Shown here piece by piece: positions 28,559 to 41,100 of a DNA stretch of 53,297 nucleotides. The stretch is taken from assembly GCA_030751995.1 (NCBI GenBank), contig JASMFB010000003.1, forward strand, positions 1-53,297. The letters run 5' to 3'. Position numbers and translations under genes: made by a program. Each line of letters starts with the position of its first letter. Positions within the stretch are counted from its first letter, which is position 1. The DNA comes from Candidatus Thalassarchaeaceae archaeon (lineage in GTDB: Archaea; Thermoplasmatota; Poseidoniia; Poseidoniales; Thalassarchaeaceae). The notes below the pieces were generated by a model, which saw only the letters and a list, made by a program, of their open reading frames with translations, did no database searches and had not been told where the DNA came from.

Positions 28559-31066
28559 ATGTCCGCCGAAGAGGAGGCCTGCATCGTCGCGGCTTCCTAC
28601 CAGAGTTTCGGATCGAAGACCGTGGTCGAACTCTGGCTACGCGCACGCGAGGGACACTCTACCCTGCTGTTGGTTCATGGATTGCGACCATTTCTCGAGA
28701 TTGCCGTACGTGGGAGTTCAACCGATTTGCCCGATGATATCGATGAGCGGTTGGAGAAGGTTCGCAACGTGAAGGATGTAACTTTGATTCATGACCCTGT
28801 TGACAAATGGACCGACAAAGGGACCAAGCCGCATTGGAAGGTTGAGGTACGCCAGCCCTACAACGTCCCCAAAATTCGTGAGACATTGAGGGGTTATGAT
28901 TGGAAAGTTTCCAGTGCAGACATCATCTTCCCCCAGCGCTTGTTGTTGGAACTCGATTTGGGCCCCCACATAGCATGGAAAGGTGAATTGCTTCCTAGCG
29001 ACGGTGATGCGATTCAGGACGCGGGTGGCCGCGGTCTGTATCCTACCAATCGGGTGGCACGCTGTAATATCGAGGATCTACGTTCCATCGACGCATTCGC
29101 GGCCCCACTCATCACATTCTCATTCGACCTAGAGACTAGCATCGAATCGGGGCACATACTGTGTGCAGCTGCGGTAATTCAACAGAATGGAAAGAGTGAG
29201 ACACACACCTTCAGGGGTGATGAGCGAAAGATGTTGGAGGACCTAACCCGTCTGGTTCGGGACAGTGACCCAGATATCATTACGGGATACAACATCGACA
29301 ATTTCGATTTACCCAAAATCAAGGAACGAATGGAAGAACTTGAGGATGGCAACGACAAGTTGTCCCGCGCAATCCTTGCAGGATGGGGACGTGTTCCAGT
29401 CACAGAAGAGGCCTGCAAGGGCGGTAGGCGCGGAGCCCCAATCATACCAAATCGTCAACAGAATCGAAAATGGACTCTGACCGGTCGTTGTGTGATGGAT
29501 GCTTGGTGGGAGGCGCGCATGACGTTGCGCCCCAAACGTGAGACCCTCAAGTTCGTCTCGGAACTGTTGTTCCCTGACCGTGAGGAATTGCGCAAGATGG
29601 ATGTCGACTCTAGCCGCATGGATGAGGAATGGGCTGCTCGCCCAGATGTCGTTCTCGAGTACTGTGCACAGGACGCTCTGTTGCCCATTGAGATTCTTGA
29701 TGCCATTTCTGCGACCGCACGCAAGGAGGCACTGGCCGCAGTCGGCAAGGTGCCGTTAGAGACTGCAATCATAGGTACCACAAGTCAGTGGGTGGACAGT
29801 TTGGTCATACGCTTAGCCGATCGGGAAAATATCGCCGTGCCGATGACACGTCGTGGTGGCAAGTCCGATGCCATCACCGGAGGTTACGTGCATGAAGTCA
29901 AAGGTGGCCGTGAAGAATGGATTGCCATTCTCGATTTCAAATCGATGTACCCCTCAATAATGATCTCAAACAACATCTGCTATACTACCCGCGTTGACAA
30001 TGACTACACATCTACCGAAGTACACCAATCTCCAAGTGGAACGAAATTCCTGAAAAAAGAGATTCGCGAAGGACTTGTACCCCGATTGCTTGAGGATTTG
30101 ATGGGACAACGCGACCATCACAAGGCGATGATGAAGGGTGCGACTGATGATTCCAAACGTCTATTCCACGATCAGATGCAATTTGCCGTGAAGATTCTGA
30201 TGAACACCTTCTACGGTGTATTCGCCTCTGCATTCTACAGATTCACACACCAAGATATTGGTTCAGCCATCACGGCATGGGCACGTTCCAATATCAAGAA
30301 AATCATCAGCGATTTAGAAGAAGAAGGCCACCCAGTGGTCTATTCAGATACAGATTCTATATTCGTATCGTCACCAGAAGAAGGGAAGGAGGCGCTGGTT
30401 AATTTCGGTCATGAACTGGCTAACCGATTCACCAAGGAGGGCGCTGAACTAGAATTTGAGAAAGGCCTCTCTGTATTCTTCAGTCACGGTGCAAAGAAGC
30501 GCTATGTCGGTCGTGTAGTCTGGCCAGAGGAAGATCTACTCATTCGTGGATACGAAGTCAGACGGACCGACTCCTTTGATTTGCTGAACAAGACGATGAT
30601 GGGTACCTTTGAGCGAATTCTAGACGGCGATGAAGAAGGAGCCTACCAGCATGTCATCAGTCTGATTCGTTCAGTGAAGGCCGGCGAGGCCGATGTGGCC
30701 GATCTCATTCTCAGCCGTTCCTGCAAGGGCAAAGTCCTCAAGGATGGTACTGTTGATTTCTCTGTGTATTCCAATCCCGATGGATTACCTTACGTTCAGG
30801 CCGCAAAGAAACGAATCGCCCGTGGATTGCCCTTTACACCTGGAATGAAGGTCAGTTACATTGTCACGGCTGCAAAGGGTGTTGATGGCCGTCAAACAGT
30901 CGAACCATGGTTGGTCGCAGAGACTGGCGATGCTCCACCTGTTCCTGATTGGTCATTCTACGCTGAACGACTTGCTCGAGCCATGGGTCGCATCACAGAA
31001 GTGTACGGTTGGAGTAAGAAGGATTTACTCCTCGGAAGTCGCCAACAGACCTTCGATTTCTTCTGA
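28559..31066 (+). CDS. polB: Family B DNA polymerase with intact exonuclease and polymerase motifs
   Basis: Exo FDLET, YNIDNFD, YCAQD; Pol DFKSMYPS, KILMNTFYG, YSDTDS, KKRY; C-terminal PIP-like QQTFDFF. Confidence 0.96.
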   Translation: MSAEEEACIVAASYQSFGSKTVVELWLRAREGHSTLLLVHGLRPFLEIAVRGSSTDLPDDIDERLEKVRNVKDVTLIHDPVDKWTDKGTKPHWKVEVRQPYNVPKIRETLRGYDWKVSSADIIFPQRLLLELDLGPHIAWKGELLPSDGDAIQDAGGRGLYPTNRVARCNIEDLRSIDAFAAPLITFSFDLETSIESGHILCAAAVIQQNGKSETHTFRGDERKMLEDLTRLVRDSDPDIITGYNIDNFDLPKIKERMEELEDGNDKLSRAILAGWGRVPVTEEACKGGRRGAPIIPNRQQNRKWTLTGRCVMDAWWEARMTLRPKRETLKFVSELLFPDREELRKMDVDSSRMDEEWAARPDVVLEYCAQDALLPIEILDAISATARKEALAAVGKVPLETAIIGTTSQWVDSLVIRLADRENIAVPMTRRGGKSDAITGGYVHEVKGGREEWIAILDFKSMYPSIMISNNICYTTRVDNDYTSTEVHQSPSGTKFLKKEIREGLVPRLLEDLMGQRDHHKAMMKGATDDSKRLFHDQMQFAVKILMNTFYGVFASAFYRFTHQDIGSAITAWARSNIKKIISDLEEEGHPVVYSDTDSIFVSSPEEGKEALVNFGHELANRFTKEGAELEFEKGLSVFFSHGAKKRYVGRVVWPEEDLLIRGYEVRRTDSFDLLNKTMMGTFERILDGDEEGAYQHVISLIRSVKAGEADVADLILSRSCKGKVLKDGTVDFSVYSNPDGLPYVQAAKKRIARGLPFTPGMKVSYIVTAAKGVDGRQTVEPWLVAETGDAPPVPDWSFYAERLARAMGRITEVYGWSKKDLLLGSRQQTFDFF

Positions 31067-31124
31067 CGCCGTAGGCGTCCATCTTAGCGAATGGTTGATG
31101 ATGGACGAACGCCCCCTTCCATCC

Positions 31125-32306
31125 ATGCGACGCGCCACCGTGCTGCTGGTCACGACTCTTTTCATGGCCACTGCGCTGGCAGGATGTCTTGAAACATTCT
31201 CAAGTGATGCGCCTCCCACGGTTTCGATGTCAGTTTCACCTTCGGGCACTGTCAAAGTAGGTGACAACGTCAATTTCGATGCGACGGGCTCTTCTGACCC
31301 AGATGGCGACCCACTTTCCTTCAATTGGCAATTCGGCGATGGTGATACAGCCAGTGGCATGAGCGCCAACCACGTCTACACATCTCAGGGCACGTTCAAG
31401 GCTAAACTCTGTGTCAGTTCGACGGACTTCGAGATTTGCGAAGAGAAAAACGTTGTTGTCGCTCCAGCCGATGCAGCACTCCCTACAGCATCGATTGACC
31501 ATTACAAAGACGATGACTGCACTGGAGAAGACCCACCTGCTGGTACTCTGATTCTTGCTTGGATTTGTGAAGAGGAGATGGATACCAGCGATGATGTGGT
31601 CGACACGACCACCACCATTCAGTTGGATGGCTCAGAATCCTCAGCCGGTGATTCCAGTTCATATCTCACTGATTACGAATGGGATCTCGACATCAATGAC
31701 GACAGTGATGGCGATGGAGACATGGCCAACGACGTCGATAAGACCGGTGAGAATGCAGAGTGGACCAACGTCTGGCCAGGCGAATACGAGATTCGGTTGA
31801 CTGTCACAGACAACCAAGGATTCACTGACACCATGGATATGGATGTCTTCGTCAATTATCGTGGCGCTTGGGCAGAATTCACTATTGATTCAAATGGCTC
31901 ATCTGGTTCAGGAATAGCCTCTTTCGAATATCCAGTGACCTACAATCAGGATACAGGTAATACAATCCGCTATGTCAAGATTCAATTCACCTATCCAAAA
32001 TTAGACGATGATTGGCCTGCAGGAACATGTTCGGAACAAACAGGCTGTTCCAACAAACTCGATGCCTACGTGTACAACGGTTCCGATTCAGATTCAGATA
32101 CCGAAGAAGTCGCGAATACGACCTACCTTGATGATGAACAGAGAACTGCAGGCAATTGCGATGATGAGGATCGCTGTGTAGAACTTCGATTGAGTACTCA
32201 GCACTTCCGCAATTACCTCGATGGCAGTTGGCGAGTCGATTTGACCAATGAGAAGGCGCATGATACGACGGTCAAGTCGTTCGTCATCAGTTTAGAGTAC
32301 AAATAA
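31125..32306 (+). CDS. PKD-domain lipoprotein
   Basis: Lipobox MRRATVLLVTTLFMATALAGC; FDATGSSDPDGD...WQFGDG PKD repeat; second PKD-like repeat (YEWD...LTVTD). Confidence 0.88.
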   Translation: MRRATVLLVTTLFMATALAGCLETFSSDAPPTVSMSVSPSGTVKVGDNVNFDATGSSDPDGDPLSFNWQFGDGDTASGMSANHVYTSQGTFKAKLCVSSTDFEICEEKNVVVAPADAALPTASIDHYKDDDCTGEDPPAGTLILAWICEEEMDTSDDVVDTTTTIQLDGSESSAGDSSSYLTDYEWDLDINDDSDGDGDMANDVDKTGENAEWTNVWPGEYEIRLTVTDNQGFTDTMDMDVFVNYRGAWAEFTIDSNGSSGSGIASFEYPVTYNQDTGNTIRYVKIQFTYPKLDDDWPAGTCSEQTGCSNKLDAYVYNGSDSDSDTEEVANTTYLDDEQRTAGNCDDEDRCVELRLSTQHFRNYLDGSWRVDLTNEKAHDTTVKSFVISLEYK

Positions 32307-32381
32307 TGCCAATTCAACATTCATTTTGCTACTCAGTGCAACATTTGATGGCCTCTTTGAGAATCTCTCAGCCTACCCTAC

Positions 32382-32433
32382 CTTGAAATAGGGGAGTTGG
32401 GTCGGCGGGCCTGCACATTGAGGTGATATTATG
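32382..32433 (+). promoter_or_regulatory. Putative tuf promoter (CTTGAAATA-N8-GGGTCGGCG) and SD GAGGTGA
   Basis: Same elements as the secG promoter; TGAGGTGATATTATG is identical to the coxA start context. Confidence 0.6.
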
Positions 32434-33720
32434 AGTTCACAATGGGAAGATAAGAAGAAGCCGCACTTGAACATCGTTTTCGTAGGGCACGTTGACCACG
32501 GAAAGTCGACCACTGTTGGTCGCCTTCTTTTGGACACAGGCCACATCGAAGAACACGTGATCGAGAAGAACGAGAAGCTAGCAGCAGAGATGGGTAAGGC
32601 CGGATTCGGTCTCGCTTACGTCATGGACGGTCTGAAGGAGGAGCGCGAGCGTGGAATCACAATCGACGTTGCTCACAAGGAATTGTTCACGCCAAACTAC
32701 TACTTCACAATCATCGACGCACCTGGTCACCGTGACTTCGTGAAGAATATGATTACCGGAACCAGTCAAGCTGACGCCGCAGTTCTCTGCGTAGCAGCAA
32801 ACGACGGTGTTAGCGCACAAACCAAGGAACACGCGTTCCTTGCTAAGGTGCTCGGTGTGAAAGAACTGATTGTCAACATCAACAAGATGGATATCTCTGG
32901 TGTCGATTATTCTGAATCACGATACAATGAAGTCGTTGAAGAAATCACAGGGCTACTCAAGATGTCTGGCTTCAACCCAGCTGACGTACCGATGGTTCCT
33001 TGTTCGTCTTTCAACGGTGAAAACCTGTACAACAAGAGCGACAACATGGGCTGGTACAAAGGTCCAACGCTTTTCGAGTGCATTGACGGTATTCAGATGC
33101 CACCCAAGCCCACCGACCGCCCTCTACGACTTCCAATTCAGGATGTCTACAAGATTAGCGGAATTGGTACAGTGCCAGTTGGCAAGATCGAAACCGGTAT
33201 TCTCAACGCTGGCAAGACAGTTATCTTCAACCCCAGCCAACAATCGGCTGAGGTAAAGAGCATCGAGATGCACCACACGATGGTCGACAAGGCAGAGCCT
33301 GGCGACAACGTTGGATTCAACGTCCGCGGTCTATCCGCACAGGACATCCGCCGTGGTGACATTGCAGGATACTCAAACAACGAGCCAATGTTCGTTCGAC
33401 ACGACGAGACCTTCGTGGGTCAAATCCAGTTGATGGACATCCCCAAGGCTGTTGCAGCGGGTTACACTCCTGTATTCCACGCGCACACGGCTCAGGTTGC
33501 AGTTCGCTTCGTCGAACTCTTGGAGAAGACCTCCAAGGGTCAGAAGGAAGCCAACCCGGCATTCCTTGTGACTGGCGACGCTTGCCTGATTCGGTTCCAG
33601 CCAACCAAGCCGATGGCAATCGAGCAGATGGACGCTTTCCCCGAACTTTGCCGCTTCGCAATCCGCGATATGGGCAAGACGGTTGCAGCAGGCGTTTGCA
33701 TGAAGATTGAGAAGAAGTGA
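32431..33720 (+). CDS. tuf: Translation elongation factor aEF-1alpha
   Basis: [44 protein letters not shown]. Confidence 0.99.
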   Translation: MSSQWEDKKKPHLNIVFVGHVDHGKSTTVGRLLLDTGHIEEHVIEKNEKLAAEMGKAGFGLAYVMDGLKEERERGITIDVAHKELFTPNYYFTIIDAPGHRDFVKNMITGTSQADAAVLCVAANDGVSAQTKEHAFLAKVLGVKELIVNINKMDISGVDYSESRYNEVVEEITGLLKMSGFNPADVPMVPCSSFNGENLYNKSDNMGWYKGPTLFECIDGIQMPPKPTDRPLRLPIQDVYKISGIGTVPVGKIETGILNAGKTVIFNPSQQSAEVKSIEMHHTMVDKAEPGDNVGFNVRGLSAQDIRRGDIAGYSNNEPMFVRHDETFVGQIQLMDIPKAVAAGYTPVFHAHTAQVAVRFVELLEKTSKGQKEANPAFLVTGDACLIRFQPTKPMAIEQMDAFPELCRFAIRDMGKTVAAGVCMKIEKK

Positions 33721-33759
33721 GAAACCCACTGATTCAAACCATCGGACAAGGGATGTATC

Positions 33760-34089
33760 ATGCCAACGGTTACCACTATCAAATTGACTGGTGAGAACCA
33801 CGTGGACATAGACGAAGTCTGTACACACATTCGCAGCATTAGCGAACAGACCGGTGTGAAACTTCGAGGACCTATCCCGCTACCGACTCGACGCTTGATC
33901 GTCCCATGCCGCAAGGCACCCGACGGCGAAGGCAGCGAAACTTGGGATCATTGGGAGATGCGAATACACAAGCGACTCTTGGAATTGGTCATTGGAAAGA
34001 CCACAGATGAGAGTGCACTTCGACAAGTGATGCGTATTCCTATTCCGGACACAGTGACCATCGAACTCAGTCTACGTACCGTCGCTTGA
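33760..34089 (+). CDS. rpsJ: 30S ribosomal protein S10 (uS10)
   Basis: GPIPLPT, RKAPDGEGSETWDHWEMRIHKRL. Confidence 0.98.
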   Translation: MPTVTTIKLTGENHVDIDEVCTHIRSISEQTGVKLRGPIPLPTRRLIVPCRKAPDGEGSETWDHWEMRIHKRLLELVIGKTTDESALRQVMRIPIPDTVTIELSLRTVA

Positions 34090-34095
34090 AACCCT

Positions 34096-34983
34096 TCATT
34101 CTAGGGTCACAGCTTCTGCCCAACCAGCTGCGATGAGAGTCTCAGCCATCAGTGTGACACAGTTGAATGAATCTCCTTCAAGAAGCTCGATTTCTTCTCC
34201 TGATTCATCGAGAATTGGTTCAGGCATATCTTTGAGAATTCGGAGTCGCATCATCGTACCCACTGCGGTTGAATCACCTGATTCATTTTCGTCGGAGGAT
34301 TCATCGCCCCCACCCGTTTCTGAAATCTCTGGATATTCTTCCATCATTGAGATTCTATCCTCTTCGTCAACATCAGGATCCTCCCACTCTTCTTCGGGAT
34401 TCGAAACTTCGATTGGAGGTGGTGGTTGTTCGGTCAATCCTCCTTCGACGAATTCATCCAGTTGTGCATTCCCTGATGGAGTGGTGGGAGTTGGTGTAAT
34501 CGTTGTTTCAAGTACCCCTTCTTGCAATCCTCTCCATGAAACATTTCGTTTGTATTGTTCAATGAGTTCAGATACACCTGAATGGAAGGCACGTTCCGCA
34601 CCATCTTGCCGTTGCCAATCAACTGGCACCATATTCTGACTCGATTCTGCAGCTGCATCTCCGAAGGGTGTACTGGCTAGATTTGCTAGTGCAGCATGAT
34701 TGACAAATGCGGTCAATCGATGCCTGGTTAAATCGGCAACCGCTCTTCGCAGATTTGCTTGACGACGTGACAATGTTTGAGCTCGGGCAGAAAACCCTTC
34801 CAATCGATTGGTTTCAGCCAATTCCATTTCGATTGATTGAAGCAATTGCGAACAGATATTCCAGAAATCGGGCCGAGGCAAATCTACAGGTAGGGCGTGT
34901 TTTGCTTGTTTTCTCAGCAGTGCATGAAGTTGAGCTTCAACAGCTGCAAGTTGAGGTCCCTGTAGTGCTTCTTGCTCAACCAT
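34096..34983 (-). CDS. GINS complex subunit (Gins51-like, A-domain then B-domain) with long acidic linker
   Basis: Helical N-terminus (LPRPDFW...RHRL) and C-terminal B-domain RILKDMPEPILDESGEEIELLEGD...AETLIAAGWAEAV. Confidence 0.7.
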   Translation of the reverse strand: MVEQEALQGPQLAAVEAQLHALLRKQAKHALPVDLPRPDFWNICSQLLQSIEMELAETNRLEGFSARAQTLSRRQANLRRAVADLTRHRLTAFVNHAALANLASTPFGDAAAESSQNMVPVDWQRQDGAERAFHSGVSELIEQYKRNVSWRGLQEGVLETTITPTPTTPSGNAQLDEFVEGGLTEQPPPPIEVSNPEEEWEDPDVDEEDRISMMEEYPEISETGGGDESSDENESGDSTAVGTMMRLRILKDMPEPILDESGEEIELLEGDSFNCVTLMAETLIAAGWAEAVTLE

Positions 34984-35117
34984 ATCCCCACCGCGAACTG
35001 CATCTCCTCCGTGCCGGTACATGAACCATTCACTTCATCAGCGCCCGTAGGGCGCTCTACTCAGTCATCCGTCGTGTTCAAACCCACAGCCGAGGGTGGA
35101 CACCCTGAGGTGAGACC

Positions 35118-38100
35118 ATGCGTGCAGCCCTTCTACTGGTCCTGCTCATGCTCGTGGCTCCCTTTGCTCAAGCCATGGAAAGCCCATATATTGGAGATTC
35201 AGAGATTATTCTCCAATCAAATGGAGACGGCACACTCTCCAATTTATCCGAAAATTCATTCGAGGTTCCAGTCAATTCGACCATTCTCGATGGATGGGTC
35301 AATGTGTCAACTGGCGCCAATGGAAACGGCGGGACAGGTCAACATTGGATGTCTGACGATCCCACACTCAATTTCAGTCACGGTACTTTTGATGACACGT
35401 CGGTTGCTGTTTTTGATCATGAGTTGACTTTGGGCGTCAATCATACGGTTGGTCGACTCGATGATTTGGAATCCCTTTCACTCCAATTCCAACAATACAC
35501 CGTCGGTGGTTCTGCTGACATTTGGAGAATGGCCGAGCCCGGACAATTCAACGGCGCATTTGCAATGAATTACAGCGCCAGACAGGCCGCAGGTGGACTC
35601 ATCCCCTCTCTTCCCACGGATGGTTCATTGATTGCAGCGACTTTGCCCGAGGATTCATTGCCGGCAGGGACCCATGCTTGGCTCACATCACCCCCCAGTT
35701 CCGTGCCCAGTATTGCCAATAACTGGGAATTATCATTCAATCACTGGTATCACTTGCACCACTCAAATTCCAGCACCGGTTCATCAGGTGCTTGGGTTGA
35801 AGTCAGTTTGAATGGGGGGTTGACTTGGACGTATGTCGAACCTGTTGGGGGATACAACTGGAACATCTCCATTTCAGCCCCTGTCCCAACTGGCGCATCT
35901 GGGACTGGATTCGGTGTTTTCGGGGGTCCTAACGCCAGCGGTTGGGTGAATTCAACCTTCGATATTTCACATCTTCACAATTCAAATTCAACAGGTATGC
36001 AACACCGGTTTGTCATTTGGACAGATCCCCTTGGTACTGTTGATCGCCCCGGTTGGTACGTCGACGAGATTACAATTTCTAATGATGGCGAAACTCCGGG
36101 CTCATGGTTCCATGGTTCACTCTTTGGGGAGTATGCAGCTGACGCTTACGCACACCTGACCTTGCCTGTTCAAATCAACACAAGTGGTGGTACTTCGGGT
36201 GCATGGATGGTTCGCTATTGGACTGATTTTGATCTTGAAGGTGGAACTTGGGACAAATTCGAAATTCGAGTCTCCAGCGATAACCTCTCGTGGCATCGAA
36301 TGTCACCAGTCGGCGGTATTCCAGGACCGAATGGCCTCACAGTCTCCGGGAGAACAATCATGGAAGATTCAGGTGGCTGGGTCGAAGTTGCACATCCATT
36401 TCCTTCGGCCTTCACTATTCCTTCCAATGGTAGTTTCATGCTGCGTGTAATTGTTGAGACCGATCAGATGCCATCTTCTGGATACGGCGGAATCATCGAT
36501 CCTCCAGAGGGAGTATTCATCGATGACATCAGCATTACTCGTACGCAAGTAGGGACGACCGACATTCTGTGGTCGGAGAATTTCACAACAAATGCGGGAG
36601 CCTGGCACGACAGGTTACCCGGTGGTTCCTATGATCAATGGCAATATCTGAATAATTGGGGCAACAATGGACCTTCGGAATCGACCTGGTCGTTTGAAGA
36701 CGCACCTTCGATTGCAGATGGTTGGTATGTTCACACTCCGCACGGACAGGCGTGGGAATTTGGCGCCGTGTCCAATGTCAGTGGATGGGGTCCATCTTCA
36801 TGGCCTAGTGGACAAACCGGGGTAGCTATGGGTCTCACGACTCTGCACGCGGCGAATTCATGGTCTCACCTCATCAGCCCCTCCTATCACATTCCACAGG
36901 GTGCTAGTGCACGGGTTGCTTTCGATCATTTCATCTGCGCTGAACCGGGATGGGATGGTGGTGCATTGTACACAAGTGTTGACAACGGCACGACATGGCA
37001 AATATACGGCCAGGACATCCCTCTATTCTACGACGTTCAACATTGGAACAATGCGCAATCGCCATTATATCAGCAATGGGTATGGGATGGATCTAATCAG
37101 AAAGGCGGGAGTTGCACCACCAACAAGTCATTCACGCACGTCGAGGGAGACCTCTCAGGTTTCGGCGGCCAAGATGTCATGTTACGTTTCTCATTCTTCT
37201 CTGACACCTTCATCGAGATGGATGGTTGGTATATCGACGATGTCGGTGTGATTGTTGATTGGTTCGAATCCAATGGATCGTGGACCAGCGACCTCATCTC
37301 CGAAAACTCCCGGGGGTTTGCTCCGACAATAGACATCGATGCCAGCGTCCCGGATGGATCGTGGGTGAAGGCATCATTGGTCGATGCAAATGGTGCGCCA
37401 TTGACGGGTGCGTTTGAGTTTGAGAACCTCACATTTCCAATTCTTCCTTGGGGGGATTCATATCGAATTCGAGTAGAATTCGGCACCAATAATAATCAAC
37501 TCACGCCACGAATTGTTGGATTGCATTCAGGTGCGGTTCGAATTCTGAATACCGCCGATGGAACGAATGGATGGGACATTTCTTCTTCATTGCAACATGA
37601 CAACGTCGTGGGCAACATATCGAACCCGACACTCAATACTGTTCGAATCTCGGGATCCTCCGTCTATGGAGATGCTCCAATTGAAGGGGTGTCGATTATC
37701 GCTGAATCTGCAGGTGCGTTGTATCAACTGTGGGATGGACAAGGTGTTCTCATTGCCAGTGGCATGTTGAACAATCAGAGTGTCGTATTCCCTCATGCCG
37801 CCGTCAACCTTCGACCCACAATCGATCTTCAACCAGGTGGCTGGGTTCGCTATGCCTCGTTCACTGGGCATTTGGGGGCTCCGATGAACAACGGTTCTCT
37901 TGATGTAGGCGGCGATGGAATCATCGATTGGACTTGGGAATATGAGTCTGATGGCTCCTTTGGGTGGTACGATGGAACCCAGCAACAGACATTTCCATGG
38001 ACTTCGAGGTCGATACTCGACCAAGGTATGGCTCTCTACGCAGATGATGACATCACATGGACTTGGGCCAATGGCATTCATGATTCGATGGTAGCTGGAG

Positions 38101-41100
38101 AACTTCGGATTCTAGAATATCCTTGGACAACAATTCAAAATCAATCTGAACCATCGGATTTCTCATTCAGCGACATCGCAATTTCATGGGAATCTACTAC
38201 AACAATCACGGGTTTAGGTCCAGAACTCAGGGATATTCAATCCGATGCCGTCAATGGGACCGGGCCTGCAACTATCTTTTCGGGAGATTTACAGATTCCG
38301 ATTGTCCTTGAAGCGGACCAGGGAGGCGTGGCTCTTGAGGGATCAATCACTCATGCACAACGCATTGTCAATGAGGTGACTTCCGTCCCTCTTGGAACCA
38401 TGGTTCCCGATCAAAATGTAACCATCATATCGCTGCACTCCCATCTCTTTGATCGAGGTTTATTGGATGCAGCCATATTGCGGCTGCATACCAGCAATGG
38501 CCTCGATATAGAAGCGCATATAGACGATTTATCTGGACAACCCATTGCCACGCAGGTGTTCGGTTCTGATGAGATATCACTTGAATCCACCACCGTTTTG
38601 CCCGTGGGTCCCGATGCTTACCAAATTGAATGGAATTTCCATACGGAATGGGCCTTTGATGATCAGGATTGGATCCGCGTTCTTATTGAAGCAATCGAAT
38701 CTAACGGATTCACTCTCGGGCCCGCACACGCGATGATTGGGGGTTCAAATCATCAAGCGATGGAGAACGACCTCGAAGTAATCTCTTGGGAAGTTCGCGA
38801 TGAACAATCCCGCCTCCTTTCCAATACATGGGATGCGAGATATCCACTACACGCAATCGCAGGCTCGACAATTGATGTATCGGGTACTCTACGATTTGAA
38901 GGCCAGGCAAATCAACACCCCGCCATCGACGCTTATCGAGTGGCTTTGGAATTAACCAGTGTCAACGGAACAACTCAATCTATGGGAACAAGTGGTTCAG
39001 AGGGTAGTTTTTCTGCTAGCATTGTACTACCCGACGAACCCGGCAACGTCACTATTTCACCGTGGATTCTGCAAATAGGCCCCCCCGGTGTCTCCACTCT
39101 AGGTGCCGAAGACGCATCTGGTGGCTTGTTATCCATTGAGGTGCAAATCGATTCAGAGGCACCCACACTCGGTCCATTGATGATTTACACCTCGGAAGGA
39201 GGCCAGTTAGCTGATGAAAATATTCTATCTCCCGACAGAATCATCCCATTTTGGATTGACGTTCACGATGCTGAACTGCTAGAACCCTTCGTCAATCTAC
39301 GATGTTGGTTTGAGACCTACGATGATATCGACCATGATGGGATTCCTGACGAGAGTGAATATGGGGATTCATCACAATTCCTCGGAGGTGCTCCCCGGGG
39401 CACCATACACGTCGATTTCCCTGCTGTTAGTATAGCTGGCATGGAAGACGACGATCGAATCTCATGTTTCATCGAAGGTGGTGATTTCGCTGGATACGAT
39501 TTCGTTGGTTCAGGCAGCCCAGGATTTGATACGGATTTGGCAACAATGACCATCCAAACGCAAGACCCAACACAAGTTTCCTTGCCTTCAATCTCCTTGG
39601 ATCGTCACGAAGAGATGTCCTTGTTGCAGGGCATTCAGCACACCTTTTCCTTCACCTTCCAAGATGGAAATGGACTCAATTCCATTGACCTCATAGAATT
39701 CGATATTGCTGGAGATGGACGCGGCATCATCCAATACTACCCTCTGCAGAATTTGCTGACAACTACTGTTGACAGCCCAGTGGTTCCATTGGGTATTATG
39801 ACCGAGTCCATTGGTGACGATGCATACCTGGTCGAACTGTCCTTTGCAATCAATTTGTTCGCCCCCGAAGATTGGCAGGAGGGTGCGTGGGTTCCCTCAC
39901 TCAGGATGATTGAGGAAGGCGAATTGGTTTCAAGCGGCGCGACAAACCTCGAACACCTTGCTTGGGCACTAGATCATCGATTGATGTGGCGTATCGAAGA
40001 GATTCTTGATTTGACCGCTCCATCAATGTCCGCATTTGAGAACCGACTCAATTTACAACCGGGCGATTCGATGTTACTTCGGGCTACTATCGTCCATCGT
40101 GAAGTGAACGAACCTCTGGCGATTGAGATACCTTCATCATCCGAAATCGAAATCTCAATCGAAGGTGGCGTAGTCCCCTATTCTTCTTCTCATAACTCCA
40201 ATGGTCATGGCTTCAATGCAACGATTGAATTTGAATTAGGGAACTGGCATGGCCCGATTCATATGGTACAATTCGGATTGATAAACAAGAGTTTTCTGAA
40301 TTCTAGTTTACCGGATTTGGCCTTTGAAGTTGCAATCGATGATGTAGCCCCTATAATCGAGTTCCATACGACCAGTCTCATCCAACTCCGTTCAGATTCC
40401 CTGAATAATCAGTTGGTGGCATTCTCGATTGAAGACGAAGGCGGAATGGGTGACCAACCCATAGAATTGCATTGGGTTTATCGCCGTGATAGTGTCGATA
40501 TTGCGGGAACCGAGGGGCAGGAATATCTTGGTCTTGGTGTTTATTCAGATGATTCATGGGTCTATTCAAAATATGTTGATTTCAGACCTAATACAGAACT
40601 TGAACTAGGGGACATACTTCTGGTCTGGGTAGAAGGTCAAGACCTAGCAGGAAATGCGCTAGATGGGCCTGGGACACACGATACACCCAGAGTCCCCGCC
40701 TTGGAAATCATGCATTTTACTCCTGAACTTGTTTCAATTTGGATTAATCCGCCTGTGCCAGAAGTAGGTCAACATGTTCGAGTTGATATCCGAGTCAGCA
40801 ATATTGGTAATTTAGGAGGCAGTCTCAACGTTGGCCTTTGGGCTTGGGAGCCACAACCCAATTCTGAATCTCAAATCATACGGCTCAGTAGCCAGAATAT
40901 CTCTCTCGATTCACGCGAATCAATACTGTTGAGTTTTGAATTTGAGACTTGGAGAGAAGGCGATCTTCAAGTGTACATTGTTGTAAATGAGGATGAGGAT
41001 TCTCGATTACCAATAGATATCCCCCCCATTCGCGAAGAAGGTGCTAGCCTCTCGTGGTTTGAGCGCGTATTCGGCGATGGCCCCCTTGTTGTGAGCTTGC

